Shown here: piece after piece, positions 1-13,287 of the stretch
How the letters are laid out: the number at the start of each line of letters is the position of its first letter
Position numbering within the stretch: the stretch's first letter is position 1
Assembly: GCA_002104905.1 (NCBI GenBank)
Contig: MCFE01000063.1
Coordinates: forward strand, 124,001-188,000
Reading direction: 5' to 3'
DNA from: Basidiobolus meristosporus CBS 931.73
Lineage: Eukaryota > Fungi > Basidiobolomycota
DNA length: 64,000 bases
Program-made: the position numbers and the translations under genes
The notes under the pieces: generated by a model
Databases searched by the model: none
What the model saw: only the letters and a program-made list of their open reading frames with translations
What the model was told of the DNA's origin: nothing

Positions 1-918
1 TAATCCTGCTATAAGATAGTGTAGAGGGTCAGTAATTCCAAGCTGCCAGCATTGTGATGGCCTCATTGCAGGATCCCAACAGCTGTTTGGGATTGGATCC
101 ACCTGCAGGACCAAATGAATTTTCATAGAGAACATTAAGGCATCATCACAGGATTCTAACAGCTGACTCAAATCAGATCCACCTGCTGAATCAAATTACT
201 TTTCACAGGGAAAGACCAAGTGCAGTGCACCTAGAAATATCCCAGAAGCAATCATCCTTGTACCATAAGGCAGAAAACTTAACAAGATTGGTAGCAGCCT
301 TGATTTTATATCAATGAGTGTACAAACTTAGCCTGTGCCTAATTAGTTACATAATGATGAGCCCAGTGAGTGAAAGAAGCCCCAATTTCCTGTTGGCTTT
401 TACACAAAAATTCTCATGTTTTATCTAATGCATAAGTGTCAGTACAAAAGTCTTCAGGCACCTCATTACTACTGGATATATTCTTGAAAGCACCATGCAT
501 CTCCTCTAAGCCTTTACAATGCCCAGCTTCTCTCTGAATTCATGTACAACACATCTGTAAGGCCCTTACAAAAAAATAACTAAAGGCTGGCAGAATACCA
601 CCATAATGTCAGCAGAATTCAAAGTTTCCTCACACATACAACTGTCAATATCCTAGGCTCCAGCTGTCTGGCAAACAGGAAGACATATATTCCAGAAGGA
701 GGCTAGGTCAAAAAACATGCATACCAAATTTGGCAATAAGCTACACACTACTTCACAAAGAGTTGCAACTGAAATTTTGAAGGAAAATCACCATCTGAAT
801 GCTAGCAAAATTCTACACATATACCAGCAGAAAACCAGTGGATTATCAGATGAGTTCCAGGTATGAAATCTTTCATAGGGCAAGGATGTACACAATTAGG
901 TAGAAGTCCAACTAGAAG
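1..918. other. CpG-free degenerate DNA, probably a decayed repeat or transposon
   Basis: By eye no CG dinucleotide occurs before 919-920, and CG is common from ~970 on. TG/CA-rich, with no ORF-track ORF. Repeat origin is inferred; no TE protein motif was recognised. Confidence 0.5.
71..212. repeat. Degenerate 2-copy direct repeat, period 80 bp
   Basis: ggatcccaacagctg...ggatccacctgcaggaccaaatgaattttcatagaga (from 71) aligns to ggattctaacagctg...agatccacctgctgaatcaaattacttttcacaggga (from 151). Confidence 0.6.
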
Positions 919-3900
919 CGAGTGGGCCAGAGTCCTAGGACAATCATCATCCCCAATTATGGCCTTAATACACCGGGCAAAGCCCCAAAAGCGAATTCGA
1001 GATGAGCCATCAAGTGGAGATCTCTGGATCTAAACACAACGCTCACATCGACATACATCCGTAACTTCAAAACTCGCCGAAAAGCGATCAGGACATGCGT
1101 TGGCCTGAGCATCGAATGGCCGCTTGTCAGCCAGTCGACCAAGATCAGAAACCAGCAGAGATTAAGCTTCGGGGAAATTCTGGGCATTCACCATGCTCTG
1201 CAGTGGATCTGGCTTATGACGGAATGAACCAGCATCTTATATCCGGATATTGCCATCAACGTGACCAGGTGAAACCAATGGCCATTTGCTCAAGGTAATC
1301 AAATCTGTTTCAAGCCGCTACTGAGCTCGCCGCCAGCCGATGAATGGAAAGTGAATAAGAAGATTGGAAATCAGGTCGAGGGTGTACGAAATTGATAGGA
1401 TTACTTGGCAATGTATGAGCTCGATTGCCTCATGATTTGGCTGCAGAACCAGGAAGCGGTCGTTTTATAGAATAATGAAATTTAATACCTAGCTGCCACC
1501 ATGCTCTCAACATCACTGATGGATCATCTGCGGGTTTCAAATAGTAAGTTACAACGGAACTCAGGGGCTTGAGAATGGTGACTAGTTCCATTTTAAACTA
1601 GCATGGAGCGCTTGTCCATTGTATTGGAATAATACCCCATTAGCATTATGCCAATCTGGTTCCATCTGTGAGGAAATGATTATACCTGTCTAACTGCTAC
1701 AAATACGAAGAAATTAATTGCTTCATGTCATCCATGCCATTAACTGATGTCCCATACATATTTTACTCGGTTCATCGCAAAACACATATGGCCTCATTGT
1801 GTCAATTCCAGAGGCTTGATATAAATAGCCTTGCTCCACCGTTGAGAAGAGGCATCCCTCATCACTCTTTCTGGCTTTACACCCTCATCTCCCATAGCAT
1901 GCCTCACATCTTTCCCAGCACGGCCGAGCGAACCCAAAATCTAGAAACATGCATGTCTTCCAAGATCTTCGAACCTACACCAAGGCTAATACAAAAATTC
2001 AGCACGCATCCGGCATTTCAAACCAAGCCGCACTTCAGCAAATCAGTAGCAAAGTTCTCCAAGGGTTTACTACCGATATTTGAGGATCCCCAGGAGGAGT
2101 AGTCAAGGTCCATCTCGCTTCGTTCAAGTCCAAGCATGCTCACATTGCATTAATCCATCATGTATTACGACTTCCAACGGACAGCCCTCAAAGCGGCTAT
2201 TCCTAGTTGAGCCTGTGCAATTAGATATCTTACGTATCTACCTTGTATGGAACCACTGTAGACCTTGTGACTATTAGAAATCCAAGTGCAATAAATTCAT
2301 GCACAGGTGTGTGTTTCTCGGAAGTAGGAACCAATGTCTCCAGTGTCGCCACCATATCCCCATATAGCTGCCACTAACAATCCAGATTCGTGCGTTCCAT
2401 CATACATGGATTGGTAGAGTAATCAAGCGCAACCTTATGATCAGACCAATTTTGGATGGCGTGTAATAAGCCCTATCAAGGAATTCAATTGATTCTGGAT
2501 ATTCATGCCTAGGTCAGATATTGATCCGATAGATATGGCTGCTTACCAAGAGACCAGTAGATCCTATGCTTGATGTTTCGATTCAGCACCCCCATTACAA
2601 AGAACTTGTGCTGGCTGGCATGGGTTGCGACTCTTGGATGGCTCCATTGTATGAGCATCTTCATTAGATCCAAGATCCGAACTACGAAGCAAATAGAATC
2701 CCTTCTAGCCTAATGTTAGCGAGCTACCCATTCACTTCAGAAGTAGTCTTCCATACAATTCCAGAACCCCTCACTGCATTATGTACAGGCCGCCGCAATA
2801 CCCGGCTGTGCGTATAAAACCCAGGCCTGGGTGGCACCAATCTGCAGTACCTTATTCATCTTCGAAACTCAAATGCCGGCTCTTTCCAACGTGCAAAAAG
2901 GCAACATCGTCGCAAAATTGTCGAACGAGCCGTATCCTTTCAACAACGTCGATGCGGCATCGTATTTCGATCTTACCAACATGAAGCTGCAGTTTGAAGC
3001 TGCTATGCAGAAGTCAAAAATTCTCCCGCCTATACAGGAGTCTACGGAAGAACACTGAGTCTAAATGGGCCGAACCCATACTAAATTAGATTAGCTGGCT
3101 TTGCTCTGTCTGCCCTATTAGTGCAAGTCTTACCTAGATGTTTCAACCTCTCGGTTCCAAGGCTAGTCACAGATTCTGAGATACAAACGAGTGTTTCCAT
3201 GTATCTGTCCCCGTTTTGATATACTAAAGTTGAGAGAATAGTCTAGGCCATGGTGGCTAGCACAGATATGGAAATTATAGATGCGATTACATATAAGGCT
3301 AATGGTATTTAGAACACAGCGACCACCTTTCGACCAATATGATACAGTGTGGTTTGGGGTGAATTCGGCCGCCTCGTAGTTGTATAGTTATCTGGTCTGA
3401 TGGCAAGTTTCCTGTGGGCACGTATATTCTCAGCAACCTGGTTGAAATGGGCAGTCAGCCCAGACGGGGCTCTCAAGAAAACACAAGCCATTTGCAGCAT
3501 ATTTCATGATATAATTACTGATGATTTTGGGCTAAATATATCCGATATCGCCAAACCGATTATATTGACTTTTCTGTCAGGATGACAAATATACAGTAAA
3601 GAAAACCGTGGAATACATCTGCGTTATCTGCTACCTATCGAATTCCTCGAGCTTCAACCACTTCACCACCATTTTGATCCCACATCATCACCAAGTGTAG
3701 AGTATTGCATTTTACCAAAGCCAGAGATCAACGTCATTTCGAATTGCACTTGGATACCAGGTTGCGCCTGCTTCCTAATTGGGAAGGTCGTGTACTACCA
3801 AAGATGTCCAACTGTGTACGAGAGTAAAAACATAGGCCAGCAAGGCCATGGAATGCGGACTAGGCTGATTATGTAATGCTTCGGCCTAATAGTAGATATA

Positions 3901-5020
3901 TTGTGATTGAAAGGTTAGCTGCCTCGTGACCCATGGAGGCATCTACGTATAGAAGCCCTCTTTTGGTCATAAATAAAGTTTTTGAGTTTGGACGAAATTG
4001 GAATACTGCGTTCACCCTCTCAGATCCCCAAATTTTGCCTTAGTGGTGTGTTGGGTTGCGTGCTTCTCAAAGACCACATGAAGTGTTCACTGCCATAGAA
4101 AGCCAACCCATCAAGATGCCAGGGTCATGTTCTTCCTCATGGATCCTATACTGTCAAGTAGCATCATTCTAGTCTTTTGTAGGAAGGGATAAAGTCCGTT
4201 CGAACGACTGCAAAAGAGCGGAACCGGCCCTCTCTTGCGCGACCACACGCTGGCTCGTACGTACACTTTGAAGACCTCAAGCTTCCTGTTGAGGCAATAA
4301 TGTTGCTCCTATCTGAAGATTCTAGTGATAACCGCAAACGACGTCATGGACAGCCAATCGAGGATCTACGTGCTCTTAGTATGTAGAACGAAACGAAGCT
4401 TTGTAAACGCTGATCTAATAAATAGAGGTTTAACTATTTGGGACTTGATGCAGTCTGGAGACACATTTGGTTGTATTCACGCCATATCCATCAACTTGTC
4501 GACTCACAATCGCCGAATATCCCTGCAAACACCGCATATCGTGAGAAGTAGAAATACTAAGGACCACTTGATTGACTGCCTGCGCATTTCCAAAAAAATA
4601 CAGAACCTACCATCAATCTGAATTGCCTATTGGCGATGTCCAGATGCTTACGGATTAATATCAGCGCATGTCCCATTCTAGATAAATGAAATCCTGGATT
4701 GCCGTGACGGTTGGTAGCTTGTTTCGCCTAAGATCTAATCCTTGATCATCGGCAACGCCACAATGCCCACAGCCAATTTCGAAATATTGCACCATTAAGG
4801 TACGAAAGCTCCCCAATCGTATTGCCAACCTAGGTACACTGGGGATGGTCAGATTCCGGAAGAAATCTTCTCACTCGACTTCCCTGCCCACCTATTTGGC
4901 AACCGGGACAATCATAACATCACAGGGCTTCTGGTCGAAATTTTAGGTTCATGGCCATATTGGGCTTTGCGATCATTGCCCTTCTTTATTAGTCACAGCC
5001 TGGGTTGGCAATTCAGTCTG

Positions 5021-5113
5021 GCCCAACATGGAGAAACGGACTTCAACCTAGAAGGCAGATTGGGCAGCCTGATGCAATATATAAACCTAGGGAGGCAACC
5101 AGCAGAGCCTTAA
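5021..5113 (+). pseudogene. Possible remnant of a histidine-phosphatase (FBPase-2/PGM-like) domain
   Basis: Translates AQHGETDFNLEGRLG...GRQPA, resembling RHGE.x.N..GR(I/L)GG...GRQYA, with Gln in place of the Arg. Stop at ~5113; no kinase-domain motif found upstream. Confidence 0.3.
5078..5085 (+). promoter_or_regulatory. Candidate TATA box of the velvet gene
   Basis: TATATAAA, 39 nt before the ATG at 5124. Confidence 0.45.
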
Positions 5114-5123
5114 GACCCACACA

Positions 5124-6470
5124 ATGTCCATCGCAAACACCCATCACAACTTCATCTCCATCGACGAATGCTTTCAGAATAGTCACAAGTAACTGATTTC
5201 TTTAGATCTTGACTAAGGCCGATACTGATGTTTTCTTGATAGCGACTACCAGTTGATAGTCCGTCAGCAACCCAAAAGAGCTAAGCGTAGCAGTATCAAA
5301 GACAAAATTGGCGAGAAACCTATGGACCCTCCACCGATAGTTCAAGTCAAGATCACCAACGGAGATGTGGAGGATAATGAGTAGGTACCATGAACCTAAT
5401 TCAACCTGCTTTCCATCTCTGATGAATCCCGATTTCTTTGAAACCCCAGTCTACTTCAGCATCCTGGATTGTTTATGTTGGCTGAACTGGTTGGGCCCGC
5501 GGATGTTATGGAGGAGTCGATTCCTGACACAGCGATCAGTGGCACCTTGTGCTCCTCTCTTTACAAGCTCAAGGATATCGATAATACCTATGGGGGATTC
5601 TTTATTTTCCCGGAGATTTCCGTGAGAGTCGAAGGGGATTTCCGACTGAAATTCAAACTCTACGACATCACATTGTAAGCAGCTTCTCTTTCCAAAATCT
5701 TGGCGAGCCCTTAACTAATAACTTCGAAAAGCGGTCAAGCAACTTTGATGAAATGCACCTACTCCGACGTCTTCACAGTCTACTCCTCCAAGAGGTTCCC
5801 CGGCATTGAGGAATCTACCTTTCTCTCGCGTTCATTCTCTGACCAAGGCGCTCGGATCAGGATTCGTCGAGGAAGCAAGATGCTGAACATATCGTAAGTA
5901 CCCTTGACCTGTTGTACGGAGCGATCATTCTTTAACCATTCATTGATTAGCTCCACCCCTAAGCACTCCGACAACAAACGCAAGTCTATTGATAGTCACC
6001 ACTCTGAACCGCTATCTTCACCATTGCAAAAGCCTCGTCACCTCTGGCAACCGAATCATCCGAATAGCGGAACGCTGACGTCCAATAGAGACATTTCCCC
6101 TCATCATACCACTATCAATGAGGCTGGACCAAAAATTGTCTCGGGTGATACTTCACTGACGGAATTAGATTCAGCTCTGAAAGCAGCCAATAGAAAAGAT
6201 CACTTTGATGCTATACAGTCCTGTATTCAGTCCTATAGTCCCATGACGAATCCAGGGCTTCTGCAAAGGTTGAAGACCACAACCAGCTCGCTCCAAACAC
6301 TAGAGAGCTCTCTAAAGCGCGACAAATTTGGAGCCATCCCTGGAAAGAATGCTGATGGGCTCCTAAGCAAAAGCGACTGCCAAGTCTTTAACACACTATT
6401 CGAGTCCTATTTACGTGAAAACCAAATCCCTGTATCAATGCCTCAAAACGTCTTCTCTTGGCAGGATTAG
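5124..6470 (+). CDS. Velvet-domain transcription factor (VosA-like), 5 exons
   Basis: Spliced motifs [63 protein letters not shown] and [24 protein letters not shown] are velvet-domain hallmarks. Four GT-AG introns keep the frame. Confidence 0.9.
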
Positions 6471-7765
6471 CCTTGCATTAATTCATATCGTAACCACACT
6501 ATTGTAATTATACATTTCTTGTATCATCTGCCTCTCGTCAGTATATCGTACCGCATACTCTTTGTATTTAATACTTCATTCATTCACTTTCCATGATGTC
6601 CAAATGAAATTTTTGGTGAACTGTCCATTTTGGATCTAACAGCACAACTTCATTCTCTGCCACTCGACTCCCTGCCAACTGATCTGAGGCCCTAGAACAT
6701 TACGATTCGTGCCGAATAAGGTTCTAGAATTCAATACATATATGATCACTTTTATTTATGCGGGGTAGTTACCAAGGTCGGTTCAGTAGAACTGGGGTTC
6801 CAACTCGTACAGAATTTGATAACCACCTTCACCAAAGCCATCTAGCGGGAGTAAACCTAATATAGATTGGTCTTCCCCTTACCCACGCAACTGAGACTTT
6901 GCCCTAGGTGTCGAGGGTCGTATTGTATGAGATGTATTTCCATTTGACCGTCGAGGCTTGAGTCAAAGGAGGTCATGCCAGGTTTCGATATATGGGCAAC
7001 ATATTACCGGTCTCACTATTCTTCCCTCCAACGCCATACAATGTCTCGATGAGTCAAGAAAACAACTGGAGGGCGCAGCCTTCAATAGAAAATCTCTGGA
7101 AATAAGATAATGACACAAGATTAACTAAACTAGCCAGATACGTAACATCTAAAACAAGAAATCCTGGAGACCATATGGCCAAAAGAATTGGCATTCATGG
7201 GCCGCAGCGCCAGATGACTCCAGGGTTTACAGTTTGAATAGCCCGCCTAGGCTTTTTCCATCTCCAAGTCCGAATACTTCAGTAAGGTAGGCTGTTTCAA
7301 GTAAGCGTGCACCAGATATTTTGGAGGCTAGACGGAGGAATATCCAAGTCTAGCCATCTTGTATCCAGCAGCATTGGGGTGAATATCGGCCCCGTAATCT
7401 GAAAGATATGCCTCGGAACAGCATCATTTGGCTAAGCTTACTACATGGGCCTCCACATGGTCTTTAGACAAGCTACTACTTATGAAGAGTACCGTCCAAC
7501 CTTGGGTCTAGATGTCTAGCGTACACATCTAATATTTCTGCTTTATGATGATGATGTGGCAGGCTTCTAGAAACTAGTACTCGAACTAGCAATAACCAAC
7601 TCTGGTAATCACTTCGACGATGAAACTTGACTGTAATTCTAGAAAAACCTAGAACCATATGCATACCAAACACATATACTAAATAACTACAAGCAAGCCA
7701 TAGTTTATTTGACAATACCAAAAGCTTGAAGACATCTAGGTGTAACATAAGGATAATCAAAGTGG

Positions 7766-8738
7766 TTACACCTCGCGGAAAGGATATTCAAGCTGACGAT
7801 TAACCAGTCTCCATAGCTTTCTTCTCTTTTTGGTAACGACGTGCTCACCATTCACTTCAACACAGTTCTCACTCTTAAACTGACCCACGAAAACAGGATC
7901 CCTACATGCTTCTGGGTTAGCGTATGTAAATAAGCGAATAAAGGCTTGAGAATTACCAGAGCTCGGATGCAACACCAAGATCCTTACAACAGCGCAGTAG
8001 CGCGTTACTCTTGCAGCCCTCAGCCGCGGTGGCTAAGCCATTTGGATCGAAGTAATCCTGCTCACCTCTTGCTTGAGAAACAAACCGTCCGTGGCATATT
8101 AAAGCATATTCGCGAGAAATATTCTTTGATGTTACGCTATGTGGGCCACGTGGAGCCAAAGCCCAACCTATACGCAAACAGAATGAGTTCGAGCTTCTCA
8201 CCCTCGACGCAACAACCGGAATCAAAGCAAACCTCCAGGACCGAAAGCTCTGTTCATTATGCGACGATACTTGATTTCGGGCAAATACAAAAGGCCGTCT
8301 TGGGTAATTAACAGGTTAATAACAAGCCAAACATCAGAGCAAGAGGCGCAACTAAATTACCAGGCTTCACCTCAATGTCTTCTTTGTTGATTGGCTTCAT
8401 CAAGATTTCCGCCACCTCTTTCTCAAAGGGTTGTGAGCCAACACCGTAAAAGGATTTTGTCCAATCACGTTTACGATTGGGGTGATTAATGTCGTTGAAA
8501 TCTCCCAAGACTGATTCACTACTGGAGAACTCATTATTTGTACTTTCGCTTCCTGGAGTATCTTTTCGCAACAACAAGGAAGATCCAAAATTCCGGCGAA
8601 CAACTCCCTAGCCAAGGATAAATTGAATATGCTTTCTGGCTAACTTCAAAGGCAAAAGAAAAATACCGTAGCGGTAAATGCGCGTGAAAATAGAGCAGTA
8701 GGAATAATACGACTACGTAATATTGACTGTTGATACAT
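7766..8738 (-). CDS. MGM101: Mitochondrial genome maintenance protein Mgm101 (Rad52-type ssDNA annealing)
   Basis: [67 protein letters not shown]. First exon [24 protein letters not shown] looks like a mitochondrial presequence. Confidence 0.93.
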
Positions 8739-9999
8739 TTCGTTGGTAAGAAGGGAATTATTTTCTGTCCAGAGGTTTTATCAATTCTTTTTTTACCATC
8801 CCGCCGATGTCATCATCTTGGGATAAATCCATGCTTAACAAATCAACCAATGATCATAGCTTAACCCTTGCTTTGTCAAAGTCACATAGAATTAGGATTT
8901 GGCACCGGAATCCGACCGCAGCTCATCCAGCATGATAGGCTTCCAAAGGTTACATGGCCACATTTTAGAGTGGAAGTGCCAATCACACTATTACGACCGT
9001 AGCCTTGCGATTATTTATGAGCTTTTCCTTTTGCGAAATAGCACCTCCAGTAGCCAGTTTCATGAAGTTCCCTGCATTGATGTAGATCAAACCCAGGGAC
9101 CTAAGCATGCAAAGAGCAAGGAAAATGACGGGAAACCCCCTGGACACACTTCGTATCCTCCGCCAAATGCTCACCCTTTATTCATGTCTAGTAGAAGGCA
9201 TTCGGGATCTTGTTTCGTCGTTATGCACCATAGCTTTGTGGTCTTGTAGCCTTCCTGATATCAATGAGCAAGTACTCCATCGGATTGGAGACTGCTATGG
9301 CAATATGCATCGCATTGCTTATGGGTAATGCGCTTCACTGCAGGCGTTTGCTCTATGCTCGAATTTAAGCACCTATTTGTCGGCCTGATTAGATTAGACC
9401 TGAGTTCTTATCGAAGTGACAATAAAAATAGATTTTTTCAAGTAAGCAAATAGCGGTGGAGTGCCCAAGTTTATTTTAAGATCTGATATAGAGCATCATT
9501 ACAAGTTGAATAAATACCTAATTACTGACAATACCAAATATAGGTAAATCTAGTCATGTTCTTGCTACCAGATCAAATTCTGTGACAAGCGAAGTATAGA
9601 TTGGTTTCAGCTCAGTAAGCGGTGCATCTCTAAACTCGCCTATTTCGGGAAAATGACGAGAGTTTAAGGGAAAATAGAAATATTTGATACTATTCGTTTC
9701 TTGGGGCGTGCAGTTTAGACAGCCTCTAGGCAAAAAACATTGTGAAACAATCAGTGGGTACTAGGTACCTTTCATTGCCAATATCTCTCTTGATCTATCA
9801 ATTTTCAAATAGATTATTCCTATCTCTTCATCCTTTGCACTCCACACGCTTACTCCTTGCACCTCTCTCTTCAGTCCCTAGTAGCTACATCTCGACATTT
9901 CGAATAGGCTTAATATCCCTGCTTCTCAGTCTCTCACGAATAACCTTTGGTTAGTAAAGCAAATACTGTTTATACCGGAATACATCAATAGTCCAAGTA

Positions 10000-11645
10000 A
10001 TGTGTTGCTGTTGTGGCGGTGACGCAAAATGGAAACGGGAGATTATTAATGACCATAAATTCGACTACGTTGATGTGGAGGAGTTTGTGGATAGGAGTTG
10101 CATGACAAGATTCAAATACTGTTTTGTATTCCTATTCACGCTGAAGTCTATACTGGTCTACGTCCTCGATATCTACACGGCAGTAATGTTGGTGGTGTTC
10201 AAAACCTGGACTAGTAATATTCAAACCCCCGACAAGGATTCAATCCAGCACTTGCCGTACATTCGCTGGATTTTCGTTGCCTCCATCGCCGCCTCCTATA
10301 TCCTATTATTCCTGGAAATGAAAAAAACTAGAGCGATCATTCTATCTAGAGATATTTCATTCACATTCACCTCCATCATGGCCAATCGATTTTACACTCT
10401 AAGGTCGTATGCGCACTATTGCTTTTTTAAGCAAATCCACAATCAGAAACGATTCAAAGACGAATTGGCATTCTTCATCTTTTTTTCTTTGAAAGGCAAG
10501 CCCCAATCACTTCGATGATGAGACTTCCGTTGTACTTATGTCAATCCCCCACCTAGGTTGGAAGAGACTGTTTTTTGCCGAGGCGCCACGTCAAGTAGTC
10601 AATGGATATATCTTGGTAATGGCTCTGCTGCGCGGCTTTGATAAGCTACAGCAGAGTAGCTTTAGTGAAAAGATGTCGATAGTCACGATGGGTGTGCCTT
10701 GCCTGCTTTTCATCATTTCTGCCATCCGGACCATGATTGCTGCATTTCTCTACATGTTCCTGGTCTGTGAGATCCAAGGCAACTTGAAAGAATACTGTTG
10801 TCACAAGATCGACAAAAGGTGTGTGTGCTACGATCACCATGATTCAGAAACGGATCCTCTAACTCCCACCCCGATGATATAGAATTGCCGAGCTACTACG
10901 CAACAAAGCTCGCAAACGGGCCTACAAAGACCGGATAATGAATGGTGCTATTCACCCCACCAAACCAGAATTGGATGGATTTGAGGATGTTATCATGATG
11001 GAAACGGTTAAAAGACCCGTGATCTCTGCCGAGAATGCTATTACCGATGAGAAACGAGCAATGCCTACTCGCACCATGTTACCAAACTATTCAGCACATC
11101 CAAATGGCAGGCTGAACAATGGTCAGCATCCTGCTGCCCAACCCACACTTCCCAAGATTGACCTTCCACCTGATGAGACTAATCCTTACGGTCCACAAGG
11201 TACAGGTCAAGTGCATGGTAATCGCACCTCACGCTTTCTAGCATCTTCATTGGGTCGACACGAGTATATGGAATTCGGTAATCGCGCTAATTCGGAGTGT
11301 TCCGACGACAGTTATAGCCATTATTCCACCGAATCTAGGAGCCAACGTATCCGTAGCCCGAACCCAGGTACACACAAAGCTGGGCAGTCCGCTGTTAGAA
11401 CTCAGCATTCTGCGAATCAATCTGTGCGCTCCGCCTCACCGACTCGAAGCGAGATATCTTATCGTAGCCGACCGGAGTATGCGCCGTCGGCTAATGGACG
11501 TAATTTAGGTGCTCTGCTTGACAATGACGACGAGGCACCTAACAGATATCAAGATAATCACCACACTCCTAATCATAGATCCAGAAGCAACAACATCAGG
11601 CATGTTGCTGTCAAGCCTGGCGGTTCTGGTGCTATCAATTTTTAG
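10000..11645 (+). CDS. Kch1/Prm6-family fungal potassium transporter-like membrane protein with long disordered C-terminus
   Basis: WKREIINDHKFDYVD, KSILVYVLDIYTA, WIFVASIAASYILL, FFIFFSLKG/WKRLFFAEAPRQVVNG match the KCH family pattern. Two introns. Confidence 0.8.
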
Positions 11646-12174
11646 CAAGATGCTTGGTCTGATCCTTCAGGTCACAGTTCAAATCACATGTATTTATTGA
11701 TTATGGAAATTTTATTTGAGCAAATATACTACATGTTCATGATTAATCCTTCTGCCTCTAGTGTCTAAAATCGGAGTTCTCATCATTTCACAAGTCAATT
11801 AATAATTGGATTTACCCTGGCAACCATATTATAAACATGTGTACATTGTAGAAAATGACTTATTGTCTATTCGATAATAAACAGCCACAATTAATACATT
11901 TGACGAACGGATAGTCCATTGGCGATTCTTATTGACTATGCAATCAAGCCATTGTGGCTGACACCATAGACAGAGCCAGATGCGTACATGGAGTAAAATA
12001 TTCAATGGAACCAATGGGCCACCAGTGCATTGTTAGATTAATTGTATTCCGTAATGATTTGATGCTGGCTCAGTGCAGGTGCATGCGTTATATTGATATC
12101 AAGTAAATATCCAGATTAATGCTCTATCCAATCAGTTGAAATTTACAGTTTATGATCGTTGAAATCTAAATTCA

Positions 12175-13209
12175 TTAAACATCTCTTCCGAATAAGAGGA
12201 ACCCACGGCTTCGAGACTCGGTCTCTTGAGGTTGACTGGGCGCGCTGTGGGTGCTCATGAAGCTTTCAATCCACGTCTTGCGTGCAGATACCCTTGCAAA
12301 TCCCTATAATTTGTCAGCTCAAGTAAATAAAAGATAGACGTATTGAAACCTTACCGAAGGGATTCCAGGCTCGCAATTTCGAGTAAAACTAGTTATGCCC
12401 ACCAAAATAGGTGCATTTCTATCATTCATCTGGACTAAGGGACCCCCACTGTCGCCAAAGCAAATGTCTAAAGTAGAGCCATGTTATCATACGTGTCGCA
12501 TTATGCAATAGGGCGCTTGACTATAGTTACTTTCATCTCCCTCATCAGTACCAGCGCATAGCTCAACACGCGGGTCAAAACCACCTAAATAAGATTCACA
12601 TTTTCTAGCATGGAGTATCTGCAAATTGGCTTGCTGAAGAGTTTCTGCCGGTTGTTGTTCCTTCATTCTACCCCAGCCTAAAGCACGAACCCAGGTTCCA
12701 GATGCTGAGGCCCTTCCATCATCCAACACCACCTGGGAGTCGTAAGGGGATGGATTATTCAGCTTCAGAACGGCATCTTGTGGAGAATAAATGATTGTTA
12801 ACATGTTGGCGGCTCACCTAACATCAGCCTAACATAGTTACTTACAGTCATTTACTAATTTATTTCGATCCCATTCTGGGTGAATGTTAATTGCTCGAAC
12901 ACCAGCTACAAAGCCATTTTCTTCGCGCGCGGAGCGAGTTCTGTTATGACGATGTAGCTGGACCATGACAACCTGGGGGGATGTTGCCATGTCCACGCAA
13001 TGAGCAGCGGTTAGAATGGTTTCTCTATCCAACAAAGTGCCACCACAGAAGGTAGCCTGTGTTTGGGATGTTCGAGTATAAATCATTGCCATCCAAGGGT
13101 AACTATAGGGCGGGTATACCTCCGACCCACCAAAAATCCCAGAGTTAGGACGCGTGAATGGGAAAGATTCACTACATAAACCCATCATTAGAAGAGTGAG
13201 AATCCTCAT
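12175..13209 (-). CDS. Secreted S1 (chymotrypsin-family) serine protease, paralog A
   Basis: Signal peptide, mature IFGG, CGGTL, TAAHC (His57), ND (Asp102), and spliced NICFGDSGGP (Ser195). Three introns. Confidence 0.95.
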
Positions 13210-13287
13210 GTGTATGATTAAAATGAGGGTTGGTAGGTGAGCCTTTGGTGGGTGAGAAGTGAGTATTCTTTGGTTAGACCGGCTTGG

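Noticed and set aside
950-3900. Several 60-125 aa ORFs and protein-like fragments on both strands
   Set aside because: No recognisable motif or consistent spliced model; may be decayed genes, but I cannot support a call.
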